From Clostridium sp. CAG:465 (GTDB lineage Bacteria; Bacillota; Clostridia; TANB77; CAG-465): a stretch of 64,000 bases of DNA. Positions 40,638 through 49,623 of this stretch are shown here, in pieces. The position numbers were made by a program, and so were the translations under genes. The DNA lies in NCBI GenBank assembly GCA_000433755.1, contig FR891276.1, positions 2,544 to 66,543 on the forward strand. The letters run 5' to 3'. The stretch's first letter is position 1; each line of letters starts with the position of its first letter. Below the pieces are notes generated by a model, which had not been told where the DNA came from, made no database searches, and saw only the letters and a list, made by a program, of their open reading frames with translations.

Positions 40638-41666
40638 ATGAATATTATTGTTCAAAAATATGGTGGCACCTCTGTAGAAAACAAAGAAAAATTGAAAAGA
40701 ATATGTAACAGAATAATTCAATATAAAGAAAAAAATAACAAAATGGTAATAGTTGTATCTGCAATGGGAAAAGAGACAGATCATTTAATACAAAAAGCTA
40801 AAAATTATTCTAAAGAACCTAGTAAAAGAGAACTTGATTTATTACTTTCAACAGGTGAATTACAAACAGTAGCATTGCTTTCAATGATGTTAAATGAAAG
40901 AGGTCATAAATGCGTTGGCCTTACTGGCGCTCAAGCAGGAATATTATCTGATTCTACATATGGTAATGCAACAATAAAATCAGTATATACTAATAACATA
41001 CTAAACTATTTAAATGAAGACTATATTGTTGTAGTTGCAGGATTTCAGGCTTCAGATAGATTTGGAAATGTGACAACTCTAGGACGTGGTGGAAGTGACC
41101 TTAGTGCCGTAGCTATTGCCTCTGCCTTAAATGCAAAAAAATGTGAAATATATAGCGATATAGATGGTGTATTTTCTGCAGATCCAAAAATAATTACAAG
41201 AGCAAAACTACTAAAAAAAATATCATATAACGAAATGCTTGAAGCTGCTTCAGCAGGTGCAAAAGTATTACATAATCGTTCTGTACATATGGGAAAGAAA
41301 AACTCTATGCCTATATATGTAAAAAATTCTGGAAATAACTCTAAAGGAACAATCGTAACAAATACTAGCTCTCATAAAAGTAGAGACTCATTTTCAAAGG
41401 AAGAAGATTTCGAAAATTATAAAGTAAAATTTATCACAAAAAAAGATGACATATCTAAAATATCAATAATTGGCGATATGGTTATGACAAATAAGGATAC
41501 TGTACATAAAATATTTGATCTAGCTTCAAAAGAAAATATCACAATCTATATGATAACATTTAGCGAATTATCTTTAAACCTTATAGTTGATAAAAAAGTA
41601 GCTGAAAATTTTATAAAAAAGCTGCATTACGAACTAATAGAAAAAGAAAATGATAATATAAAATAA
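40638..41666 (+). CDS. Aspartate kinase, short form with a single ACT-like region
   Basis: 342 aa. VQKYGGTSV, VVVSAMGKETD, LGRGGSDLSAVAIA. Only ~100 aa follow the kinase domain (ISIIGDMV...ITFSELSLNLIV). Confidence 0.85.
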   Translation: MNIIVQKYGGTSVENKEKLKRICNRIIQYKEKNNKMVIVVSAMGKETDHLIQKAKNYSKEPSKRELDLLLSTGELQTVALLSMMLNERGHKCVGLTGAQAGILSDSTYGNATIKSVYTNNILNYLNEDYIVVVAGFQASDRFGNVTTLGRGGSDLSAVAIASALNAKKCEIYSDIDGVFSADPKIITRAKLLKKISYNEMLEAASAGAKVLHNRSVHMGKKNSMPIYVKNSGNNSKGTIVTNTSSHKSRDSFSKEEDFENYKVKFITKKDDISKISIIGDMVMTNKDTVHKIFDLASKENITIYMITFSELSLNLIVDKKVAENFIKKLHYELIEKENDNIK

Positions 41667-41670
41667 CAAA

Positions 41671-41707
41671 AATAGTGAAAAGGAATATCATTTTCCAATT
41701 CACTATT
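41671..41707. terminator. Terminator between the aspartate kinase gene and the AI-2E transporter gene
   Basis: AATAGTGAA ... TTCACTATT 9-bp arms with an inner AAGGAA/TTTCC pairing, flanked by A/T runs. Confidence 0.6.
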
Positions 41708-41751
41708 TTAAAATTATATAAAAATTTTTATTATATATATATTTAATAAAT

Positions 41752-42912
41752 TTAGTTACTTTGGCTCTCTGCTTTTCTTTTTTTCTTAATATTATTACTA
41801 GATCTTTTCTTATCTGTCTTATGCTCGATTTTATCATCTTCATCATCATCCAAATTAAACTTGTATCTTAAATATACTTTTAATCCTGCAAGTACTGGCA
41901 TTGCTATTAGCATTCCTACTACACCAAACATTAATTGAAATACAATTAAGCCTCCTATAACAACAACAGGATGAAGATCAACTGATTTTGCAATAATATT
42001 AGGCTGTAAAACGTTTGCATCAACTATTTGAATTATAAGTAATGATACAAGTGTAATAAGTGCAAAAACAGGTCCACCTGTTACTAGTGCATAAAGCGAT
42101 ACTACAAGATATGATAAAATAGCTCCTATATATGGTATAAAATTAAATATCATAATTAAGATTCCAAAAACAACAGCATAATCAATTTTTAATATCATAC
42201 ATACAATTGTTGTAAGGATACCCACTATTAAACTATCTATTGCATATCCTTTAATATAGCTCATACATGTTGCATCTATATCCATTATCATCTTATATCT
42301 TCTTCCATCTTTACTATTTCTTGATAAAAAAGCTATAACACTTTCTTTAAATTTATCAATATCTTTAGCCATAAAAAATGATACAATTATTGCTGTAAAA
42401 AATGAAATTATAAAACTTGTTATACTTTGAACTGTATTTATTGAATAATTAATTGCATTAGCTACAGTACTTTGAACAAAATCAAGGCTTTTTAAGCTAC
42501 TAGTTATATCAATTCCATTTGGCATATCTAAATTCTTGGCTAAAAAATCATTAATAAATCCTATAACACTTGCATAAATACCTGGTAGTTCTTTAATTAA
42601 GTGAGATAATTGCTCAACAAATATAGGTACTATAAAACCAATAGCTACTCCAACTATACCAAATATAATTATCAACGAAAGAAATGCTGCTAAATTTTTA
42701 CTAAGCCCTATTTTTCTTAATCTTCTTACAAGTGGCATAGAAATCCAACATATTATTATTCCTGCAAAAACTGGTGCTAAGGCTGCAATTCCACTTAAAA
42801 TTTTATCCATAATTCCTATATTTTTTAAAAAGAAATATAGCCCTATAAAAGCTGCTCCATATATTGTTATGTTTATAAATTTAAAATCTAGTCCATTTTC
42901 TTTTATTTTCAT
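41752..42912 (-). CDS. AI-2E family transporter (PerM/UPF0118)
   Basis: Multi-TM protein with the FIPYIGA and QP...A...L.P motifs of the family. Likely start is ATG 42912 (MKIKENGL), with GAGGAGG 5 nt upstream. Confidence 0.85.
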   Translation of the reverse strand: MKIKENGLDFKFINITIYGAAFIGLYFFLKNIGIMDKILSGIAALAPVFAGIIICWISMPLVRRLRKIGLSKNLAAFLSLIIIFGIVGVAIGFIVPIFVEQLSHLIKELPGIYASVIGFINDFLAKNLDMPNGIDITSSLKSLDFVQSTVANAINYSINTVQSITSFIISFFTAIIVSFFMAKDIDKFKESVIAFLSRNSKDGRRYKMIMDIDATCMSYIKGYAIDSLIVGILTTIVCMILKIDYAVVFGILIMIFNFIPYIGAILSYLVVSLYALVTGGPVFALITLVSLLIIQIVDANVLQPNIIAKSVDLHPVVVIGGLIVFQLMFGVVGMLIAMPVLAGLKVYLRYKFNLDDDEDDKIEHKTDKKRSSNNIKKKRKAESQSN

Positions 42913-42928
42913 AAAAGCCTCCTCATAT

Positions 42929-43366
42929 TTATATTTCAAAAAGTTCCTTTAAATAAGTATCAATCTTAATATCTGTTTCGTAAATTTCATTATTAATCAT
43001 TATTTCTGAATCATTTATATTAACAAAAATTTGTGCGTCAGATGTATAAATATATATTGTATAATCTATTTTTTGTTCTTTATCAATTAGTTTTAATTTA
43101 CTTTCTCTTACTCTTATTTTATTAAAAAATTCCTTTAATTTCTGTTTATCTTCATCGCTATTAAGTTCTATCACTTTTTCATTATCTATATTTTTAATAC
43201 AAATATAATTAGAATTATCAATTTTATCTGAAAATTCATATAATTCATTTATATTTTGAAATTTATTATTAAAGTTATATATAAGCAATATATTACCAAA
43301 TATAACAACTAAGCAGAATATAACAAGAGTAACTTTTTCTAATATCTTTTTTAGCAATATTTTCAT
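42929..43366 (-). CDS. Hypothetical membrane-anchored protein
   Basis: Likely start is ATG 43366 (MKILLKKILEKVTLVIFCLVVIF), after GGGAGG. No motif recognised. Confidence 0.5.
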   Translation of the reverse strand: MKILLKKILEKVTLVIFCLVVIFGNILLIYNFNNKFQNINELYEFSDKIDNSNYICIKNIDNEKVIELNSDEDKQKLKEFFNKIRVRESKLKLIDKEQKIDYTIYIYTSDAQIFVNINDSEIMINNEIYETDIKIDTYLKELFEI

Positions 43367-43490
43367 AGATACCTCCCTACAGGTATATTTTATCATACAA
43401 AATTATATATGTAAATATCTCATATAATTATTATATGCAAAAAATTATTATATTTATATCATCAAAATCAAATTATATGTTTAATATAAC

Positions 43491-43541
43491 ATAGAAAAAA
43501 ATTATAGTACGTTAACCTATTACATAAATTAACGTACTATA
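43491..43541 (-). terminator. Rho-independent terminator of the marR-ABC operon
   Basis: Perfect 13-bp arms TATAGTACGTTAA / TTAACGTACTATA, followed on the minus strand by TTTTTT. Confidence 0.8.
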
Positions 43542-43593
43542 TAATAAAATATTTATATTTATCATGACCAAGAATAAGTTATTAAATTACTTT

Positions 43594-45438
43594 TTATTCC
43601 TCAACTTCTTCAAATTGTGAATTATATAATCCTGCGTAAAAGCCATCTTTTTTTAGAAGTTCGTCATGAGTTCCTTGTTCAACAATATCACCATGGTTCA
43701 TTACAAGTATTAAATCAGCATTTTTTATAGTTGATAATCTATGTGCAATTATAAAACTTGTTCTACCCTTCATTAAGTTATCCATTGCAGATTGTATTTG
43801 TTGTTCAGTCCTTGTATCTATAGAACTTGTTGCTTCATCTAATATTAGTATTTTAGGATCAGTAAGTATTACACGAGCAATTGTTAAAAGTTGCTTTTGT
43901 CCTGCTGATACATTACTAGACTCCTCATTTAATACTGCGTTATATCCATTTGATAATGTTTTTATAAAATGATGAACATGAGCTGCCTTGGCTGCTTCAA
44001 CAATTTCACTATCTGTAGCATCTTCTCTTCCATATTTTATATTTTCATTTACAGTTCCATTAAATAACCATGTATCTTGAAGAACCATACCAAACATTTT
44101 TCTAAGTTCTCCTCTATCAAAGTCTTTTATATTATGACCATCTACAAGAATAGCTCCACTATTTACATCATAAAATCTCATAAGTAATTTTACCATAGTA
44201 GTTTTACCAGCTCCTGTAGGTCCAACAATTGCAATCTTTTGCCCTTCTTTTACATCAGCATTAAAATCATTTATAATTGTTTTATTAGGATCATATCCAA
44301 AATTAACGTGGTCAAATTTTACATTTCCTTTTAATTTAGCTACATCTATTTTACCTTTAGCTGTATTTATTTCCTCTTCTTGTTCTAAGAATTCAAATAC
44401 TCTTTCAGCTGCGGCTACCATTGACTGCAACATACTAGATACTTGTGCAATTTGATTTATAGGCTGTGTAAATTGCTTGTTATATTGTATAAAACTTTGA
44501 ATATTACCAACTGTAATTTTTCCATTTACAGCAAGATATCCACCTAAAATTGCAACTGCAACATATCCTATATTTCCAATAAAATTCATAACTGGAAACA
44601 TAAGTCCAGATAAAAATTGTGACTTCCATGCAGAGCGGTATAACTCATCATTTGCTTTATCAAATTCTTGCATTACTGCATTTTCTGAGTTAAATGCTTT
44701 TATTATTAAGTGTCCACCATATACCTCTTCTACTTGACCATTTACATGACCTAAAAAATCCTGTTGCTTTTTAAAGTGCTTTTGTGATTTTTTTACGATC
44801 TTAGATACGATAAATGCAGATATTGGAAGTATTACTAAAGATACAACTGTCATAGAAACACTTATTGAAAACATCATTATAAGTATACCAATAATTGTAC
44901 ATATAGAAGTAATTATTTGTGTTATACTCTGGTTTAAATTCTGTGATAAAGTGTCTATATCATTTGTTACTATTGATAAAACTTCACCATTTGTTTTTTT
45001 GTCAAAGTATTTCATAGGTAATCTATTTATTTTCATTGCTAAGTCATTACGTAATTTATATGTTAATTTTTGTGATACAGATGTCATTGTAAATCCTTGT
45101 ATAAATGAAAACAGTGCACTAATAATATATAATATTAAAAGTGTAAGTATTATTCCTGCAATTTTAGAAAAATTAATTCCGTCTCCACCTGATACTTTAC
45201 CAACTAATCCATTAAAAATTTCAGTTGTAGCATTTCCTAGTATTTTAGGTCCAACTATTGCAAATATTGTACTTCCTATTGCAAATATTATTACAATTGC
45301 AAGTTGAAATTTATACTTTGATAAATAATCATTTATTAATTTTTTTGTCGTTCCTTTAAAGTCTTTTGCTTTTTCCACAGCACCTCTTCCACCTGGTCCG
45401 TGTCCTCCCATTGGAGGTCTTTTTTCATTATTTGCCAT
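43594..45438 (-). CDS. ABC exporter, fused permease/ATPase (heterodimer partner B)
   Basis: Likely start is ATG 45438 (MANNEKRPPMGGHGPGG). Six TM helices, Walker A GPTGAGKTT, signature VSAGQKQ, Walker B ILILDEATS. Confidence 0.9.
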   Translation of the reverse strand: MANNEKRPPMGGHGPGGRGAVEKAKDFKGTTKKLINDYLSKYKFQLAIVIIFAIGSTIFAIVGPKILGNATTEIFNGLVGKVSGGDGINFSKIAGIILTLLILYIISALFSFIQGFTMTSVSQKLTYKLRNDLAMKINRLPMKYFDKKTNGEVLSIVTNDIDTLSQNLNQSITQIITSICTIIGILIMMFSISVSMTVVSLVILPISAFIVSKIVKKSQKHFKKQQDFLGHVNGQVEEVYGGHLIIKAFNSENAVMQEFDKANDELYRSAWKSQFLSGLMFPVMNFIGNIGYVAVAILGGYLAVNGKITVGNIQSFIQYNKQFTQPINQIAQVSSMLQSMVAAAERVFEFLEQEEEINTAKGKIDVAKLKGNVKFDHVNFGYDPNKTIINDFNADVKEGQKIAIVGPTGAGKTTMVKLLMRFYDVNSGAILVDGHNIKDFDRGELRKMFGMVLQDTWLFNGTVNENIKYGREDATDSEIVEAAKAAHVHHFIKTLSNGYNAVLNEESSNVSAGQKQLLTIARVILTDPKILILDEATSSIDTRTEQQIQSAMDNLMKGRTSFIIAHRLSTIKNADLILVMNHGDIVEQGTHDELLKKDGFYAGLYNSQFEEVEE

Positions 45439-47683
45439 TTTCAAGTTCCTCCTTTGAAAGTTGAGATAATGCAATTTGTTTGTATATCTCACAATTTTTC
45501 ATTAATTCTTCGTGTTTGCCAATTCCTGCTATTTTTCCTTCTTCAAGTACGATTATTTTATCAGCATCAAGAATTGTACTAATTCTTTGAGCAATTATTA
45601 TAACTGTTTTATTTTCTGTTTTTTCTTTTAAAGCAGCTCTAAGTTTGCTATCCGTTTTTAAGTCAAGCGCTGAAAAACTATCATCAAATACAAATATTTC
45701 TGGATCTGTAGCAATAGCTCTAGCTATAGATAAACGTTGTCTTTGACCACCAGATACATTTGTACCACCTTGTGATATTTCTTCATCATATTTTTTAGGT
45801 TTACTTTCTATAAATTCTGTAGCTTGTGCAATTGTAGCCGCTTTAATCATGTCTTCATCACTCATAGATGGATTTCCATATTTTATATTTGATCTAATTG
45901 TACCTGTAAATAGCATTCCTTTTTGTGGTACAAATCCAATTTTACTTCTTAATTCTTTTTGTGAAACATCTTTAATATTAACACCATCTATTAAAAGTTC
46001 CCCACCTGTAACATCATAAAAACGAGGTATTAAATTTACTACTGTTGATTTACCACTTCCCGTACTACCAATTATTGCAGTAGTTTTACCAGGTTCTGCA
46101 GTAAATGATATATCCTCTAATATTTCACTGTCAGCATCAGGATATTTAAACGAAACATCCTTGAATTCAACAAGCCCTTTTTTATCATCATCAAAATCTT
46201 TAGTTTTATCTTTATCTTTAATACTTGGTGTTGTATCAATTACTTCATTAATACGTTTTGCAGATACAGCAGCACGTGGTAACATTATTGATATCATAGA
46301 AATCATTAGGAAGCTCATAACTATTTGCATAGTATATTGAATGAATGCCATCATATCTCCTACTTGCATTATTCCACTATCAACATTATGTCCTCCTACC
46401 CAAACAATAAGAAGAGTAATTGAATTCATTATAAACATTAGAAGTGGCATCATCATACTCATTGATCTGTTTACAAAAATACTTGCTTTCATTAAATTTT
46501 TGTTAGCACCGTCAAATCTTTTTTCTTCTTTCTTTTCAGTATTAAAAGCTCTTATTACTGGGAGACCAGTTAAAATTTCACGAGATACCAAATTTAACTT
46601 ATCAACTAAATCTTGTAATTTTTTAAATTTAGGCATTGTAAGTAAAAATAATGTTCCAACAATTCCAATAATACACAAAATTGCAAGTCCAATTATCCAT
46701 GCCATTGATGTATCACTATTTGTAAGTACTCTAATAAATCCTCCAATACCTATTATTGGAGCATAAACTACTACCCTAAATAACATTGTAATTAACATTT
46801 GAATTTGTTGAATATCATTTGTACTACGAGTAATTAAAGATGCTGTAGAGAATTCGTTAAATTCTTTTGTTGAAAAACTAAGAACTTTCTTGAATACCTT
46901 ATCTCTTAGAGTATTTCCAAGTTTAGCAGCAACTCTTGCAGAAAGTAACATAATTGTAATTGCTGAAGCCATACTTATAAAAGCAATTCCAAGCATTTGA
47001 AGTCCTGCAAATACAATGTATTTATTTTGTATTTTATCGATATCCATGTTTAATTTTTTATATTCTTCTTTTACAGATGATATAGCTGCTTGATCAACTA
47101 TTGTTCCTTGCATGTTATCTATTTGCTCATTTATATTACTAGTAATTTTTTCTAAATTTTCCTCAGGCATAGTTTTTAATATGTCCATTAATTCCATATC
47201 TTTCATAGCTTCTTTTTGAGGTTCTGGTACATTTGCAAATAAACTTTCTTTTATTTTTTCTTGCATTTGATCATTTTGCATTAGGTATACTTGAACTAAT
47301 GGTTTCTTTAACATTTCTTCTAAATTATTTTTTTGATCCTTATTTAATTTATTTAGAACATAAACTTCTTCTTTTTCTAATGCAGGATACTCTTTCAAAT
47401 AATTGTTATATTCATCATTACTTACAGTATCTTTTGAAACTAGTTTGTAACAATCCAATATTTTACTATCATCATTTGTAAACATTAAAAGATTATCCAT
47501 TTCATCTTTAGATATAGCCTCAGGTATAGCTGCATCAATTCCACCTTGTTGAATTCCAACATTTACAATTTTTGATGTATAATCTGGAAGTGCAAGGTCA
47601 GCAGCCGCTTGAACACATAAAAGTGCAACAATAACTATAACTGAAATCCATGTCTTTTTTAAATATTTTAGTACTTTTAACAT
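45428..47683 (-). CDS. ABC exporter, fused permease/ATPase (partner A) with a ~180-aa insertion after TM1
   Basis: 751 aa. GSTGSGKST, VSGGQRQRL, IFVFDDSFSALD. A long hydrophilic segment lies between the first and second TM helices. Confidence 0.9.
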   Translation of the reverse strand: MLKVLKYLKKTWISVIVIVALLCVQAAADLALPDYTSKIVNVGIQQGGIDAAIPEAISKDEMDNLLMFTNDDSKILDCYKLVSKDTVSNDEYNNYLKEYPALEKEEVYVLNKLNKDQKNNLEEMLKKPLVQVYLMQNDQMQEKIKESLFANVPEPQKEAMKDMELMDILKTMPEENLEKITSNINEQIDNMQGTIVDQAAISSVKEEYKKLNMDIDKIQNKYIVFAGLQMLGIAFISMASAITIMLLSARVAAKLGNTLRDKVFKKVLSFSTKEFNEFSTASLITRSTNDIQQIQMLITMLFRVVVYAPIIGIGGFIRVLTNSDTSMAWIIGLAILCIIGIVGTLFLLTMPKFKKLQDLVDKLNLVSREILTGLPVIRAFNTEKKEEKRFDGANKNLMKASIFVNRSMSMMMPLLMFIMNSITLLIVWVGGHNVDSGIMQVGDMMAFIQYTMQIVMSFLMISMISIMLPRAAVSAKRINEVIDTTPSIKDKDKTKDFDDDKKGLVEFKDVSFKYPDADSEILEDISFTAEPGKTTAIIGSTGSGKSTVVNLIPRFYDVTGGELLIDGVNIKDVSQKELRSKIGFVPQKGMLFTGTIRSNIKYGNPSMSDEDMIKAATIAQATEFIESKPKKYDEEISQGGTNVSGGQRQRLSIARAIATDPEIFVFDDSFSALDLKTDSKLRAALKEKTENKTVIIIAQRISTILDADKIIVLEEGKIAGIGKHEELMKNCEIYKQIALSQLSKEELENGK

Positions 47684-48132
47684 TTTTTACTTTCTCCTTT
47701 CATATAATTTATATATTCTTTTGTTTGATTTATAAGCCTAATAATTTCCAAGGCATCTTTTTCACCAATATAATCAATGTATCCTTTAAGTGAATTTCTC
47801 CATCTATCATTTACATTTTCTGTAAACTTCTCACCTTTTTCTGATAAATAAATATAAATATTTCTTCTATCTTTTTTATCTATTTTTCTCTCAATAAGAC
47901 CCTTTTCCTCAAGAGACGTGATAATAGGAGTCACCGTGGATGGTGCAAGTTTTATTTTATTACGAACCTTGCTTAATAAAATTCCGTTATCATTTCCAAT
48001 GTTTTTTATAATAAATAAAACCATTTTCTCATTTCCTGAAAGATTATCATTAATACAAATACTATGAGATTTTACCTTTTTTAATTCCAACATTGATTCT
48101 ATTAATTCATATACTAAATCATCATTTTTCAC
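47677..48132 (-). CDS. MarR-family transcriptional regulator
   Basis: 151 aa. Winged-helix core LAPSTVTPIITSLEEKGLIERKIDKKDRR. Overlaps the ABC gene start by 7 nt. Confidence 0.85.
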   Translation of the reverse strand: MKNDDLVYELIESMLELKKVKSHSICINDNLSGNEKMVLFIIKNIGNDNGILLSKVRNKIKLAPSTVTPIITSLEEKGLIERKIDKKDRRNIYIYLSEKGEKFTENVNDRWRNSLKGYIDYIGEKDALEIIRLINQTKEYINYMKGESKKC

Positions 48133-48252
48133 ATTAGCACCTCAATACTTTGTATACCGAAATATTTTAACATAGAATTTTTTAAATGTAAAGTTCAATT
48201 ATGTGAAATTTCAGTGAAAATAACAATTATTAAATTAATAAATAAAACATTA

Positions 48253-48310
48253 TCAAAAAAAATACAAGATTATTGAATATGTTATGTATCTTTATATTCA
48301 AAATCTTGTA
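48253..48310 (-). terminator. Strong terminator after nrdR (also usable on the plus strand)
   Basis: 17-bp stem TACAAGATT(A)TTGAATAT / ATATTCAAAATCTTGTA with one bulge. TTTTTTTT follows on the minus strand. Confidence 0.8.
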
Positions 48311-48315
48311 CCTTT

Positions 48316-48765
48316 TTATTTTAATAATTTATTAATTTCCTTTTTAAATTCATTTATATCCTTAAACTGTCTATATACTGATGCAAATCTAACGTATGCA
48401 ATTTCATCTAAAGCTTTAAGTTTTTCGATAACCATATCCCCAATTTTTGTTGAATCTATTTCTTTTATCATCATATTGTTAAGTTCAGCTTCAATTTCAT
48501 CTGCAGCTTTCTCAATTGTTTGTGTTGAAACTGGTCTTTTTTCACATGATCTAAGCATACCACTGATAATTTTTGCTCTATCAAACTGTTGTCTTACACC
48601 ATTTTTCTTTATAACCATAATAGGTGTATACTCAATTCTTTCATAAGTTGTAAATCTATTTTTACATTCTAGACATTCGCGTCTTCTTCTTATTGAATTT
48701 GACTCTTCAACCATTCTTGAGTCTACTACCTTACTTTCCTCACAACCACATTTTAGACAATGCAT
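48316..48765 (-). CDS. nrdR: Transcriptional repressor NrdR
   Basis: 149 aa. [17 protein letters not shown] zinc ribbon plus an ATP-cone. Confidence 0.95.
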   Translation of the reverse strand: MHCLKCGCEESKVVDSRMVEESNSIRRRRECLECKNRFTTYERIEYTPIMVIKKNGVRQQFDRAKIISGMLRSCEKRPVSTQTIEKAADEIEAELNNMMIKEIDSTKIGDMVIEKLKALDEIAYVRFASVYRQFKDINEFKKEINKLLK

Positions 48766-48780
48766 AAAGTTTCTTCCTTT

Positions 48781-49302
48781 CTAAAATTCATGGAGTATTA
48801 TTCTATTTTCCTTTAAGCTACTTTTTACATCTATTGCCCTTTGATTAGTACTCCCTCTAAATTTTGCACTACTACTTTTTAAGTCTTTCATAAATTTTCC
48901 ATCAATTAAAACGTCAGTTAATTTCAATAATTCTAGATATCCGTTATCATCATTTGCATTACTAATTAAATACTCATATTTAAAACCTGTATATGTCATC
49001 ACGCTATATCTTTTAAGATCAATAAGTGACAATAACTTTGCTAACTTTTTAGCTTGCATAAATGGTTCTCCACCACTTAATGTAATTCCTTTTAAAAGTG
49101 GATTTTTTGTTATATCTTCTGCAAGAGTTGTAATACTTTCTAATTTTCCACCATTCATATCATGTGTTCCTGGATTATGACATCCTTCACAATGATGAGG
49201 ACAACCCTGGGTAAAGATTACATATCTAAACCCCGGGCCGTCAACTGTAGATTCTTTTATAACTCCAGCAATTCTTATCTTATCATCATCTACTACGCTC
49301 AT
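48781..49302 (-). CDS. nrdG: Anaerobic ribonucleoside-triphosphate reductase activating protein (radical SAM)
   Basis: 173 aa. DGPGFRYVIFTQGCPHHCEGCHNP. Its SD overlaps the stop of the upstream 89-aa ORF. Confidence 0.9.
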   Translation of the reverse strand: MSVVDDDKIRIAGVIKESTVDGPGFRYVIFTQGCPHHCEGCHNPGTHDMNGGKLESITTLAEDITKNPLLKGITLSGGEPFMQAKKLAKLLSLIDLKRYSVMTYTGFKYEYLISNANDDNGYLELLKLTDVLIDGKFMKDLKSSSAKFRGSTNQRAIDVKSSLKENRIILHEF

Positions 49303-49314
49303 GTTTACTTACTC

Positions 49315-49584
49315 CTAACAACAAACACTATGTTTTACTCTATCGTGTTCTTCTGCTCTTTTTGCATTGTTAAATCTTTCAACTGTTCCAACTAGATATC
49401 CTGTTATTCTTCTTATTCTTTCAAAAGGAACACTTTCGAAAGTATAATCCATATCTACGTAATCCCCATCAATTTTTAAATTTAATGTATCAATTTGTTT
49501 TGTAGGAAATTTTTCATTTAAATAATCCACATAAGAATCAATTTCCTTTTGTTCCATTTTTCCACCAATAACATTTATTTTCAT
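49315..49584 (-). CDS. Stand-alone glycyl-radical module homologous to the extreme C-terminus of NrdD
   Basis: 89 aa. Residues 57-85, RIRRITGYLVGTVERFNNAKRAEEHDRVKH, match the NrdD glycyl loop (R-[IV]-x-G-Y ... FN.[AG]K..E...R.KH). Own SD GAAGGAGAGG lies 8 nt before the ATG. Confidence 0.75.
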   Translation of the reverse strand: MKINVIGGKMEQKEIDSYVDYLNEKFPTKQIDTLNLKIDGDYVDMDYTFESVPFERIRRITGYLVGTVERFNNAKRAEEHDRVKHSVCC

Positions 49585-49623
49585 ATCAATTACCTCTCCT
49601 TCTATCTAACTAAAACATTTTTA

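Noticed and set aside
45428-47683. The ~180-aa insertion after TM1 of the first ABC half-transporter as a novel feature.
   Set aside because: Extended extracellular loops after TM1 occur in many Firmicute ABC exporters of this MarR-linked type, to my recollection. It is noted in the feature evidence only.
49585-49623. Group I intron or intein as the cause of the nrdD split, by analogy with the T4 nrdD intron.
   Set aside because: The gap is only 39 nt and carries an ordinary SD. The flanking extra residues show no intein blocks (no Cys/Ser ... HN-Cys junctions). The roughly 320 nt between the Zn site and the Gly loop is fully open reading frame apart from the three stops.
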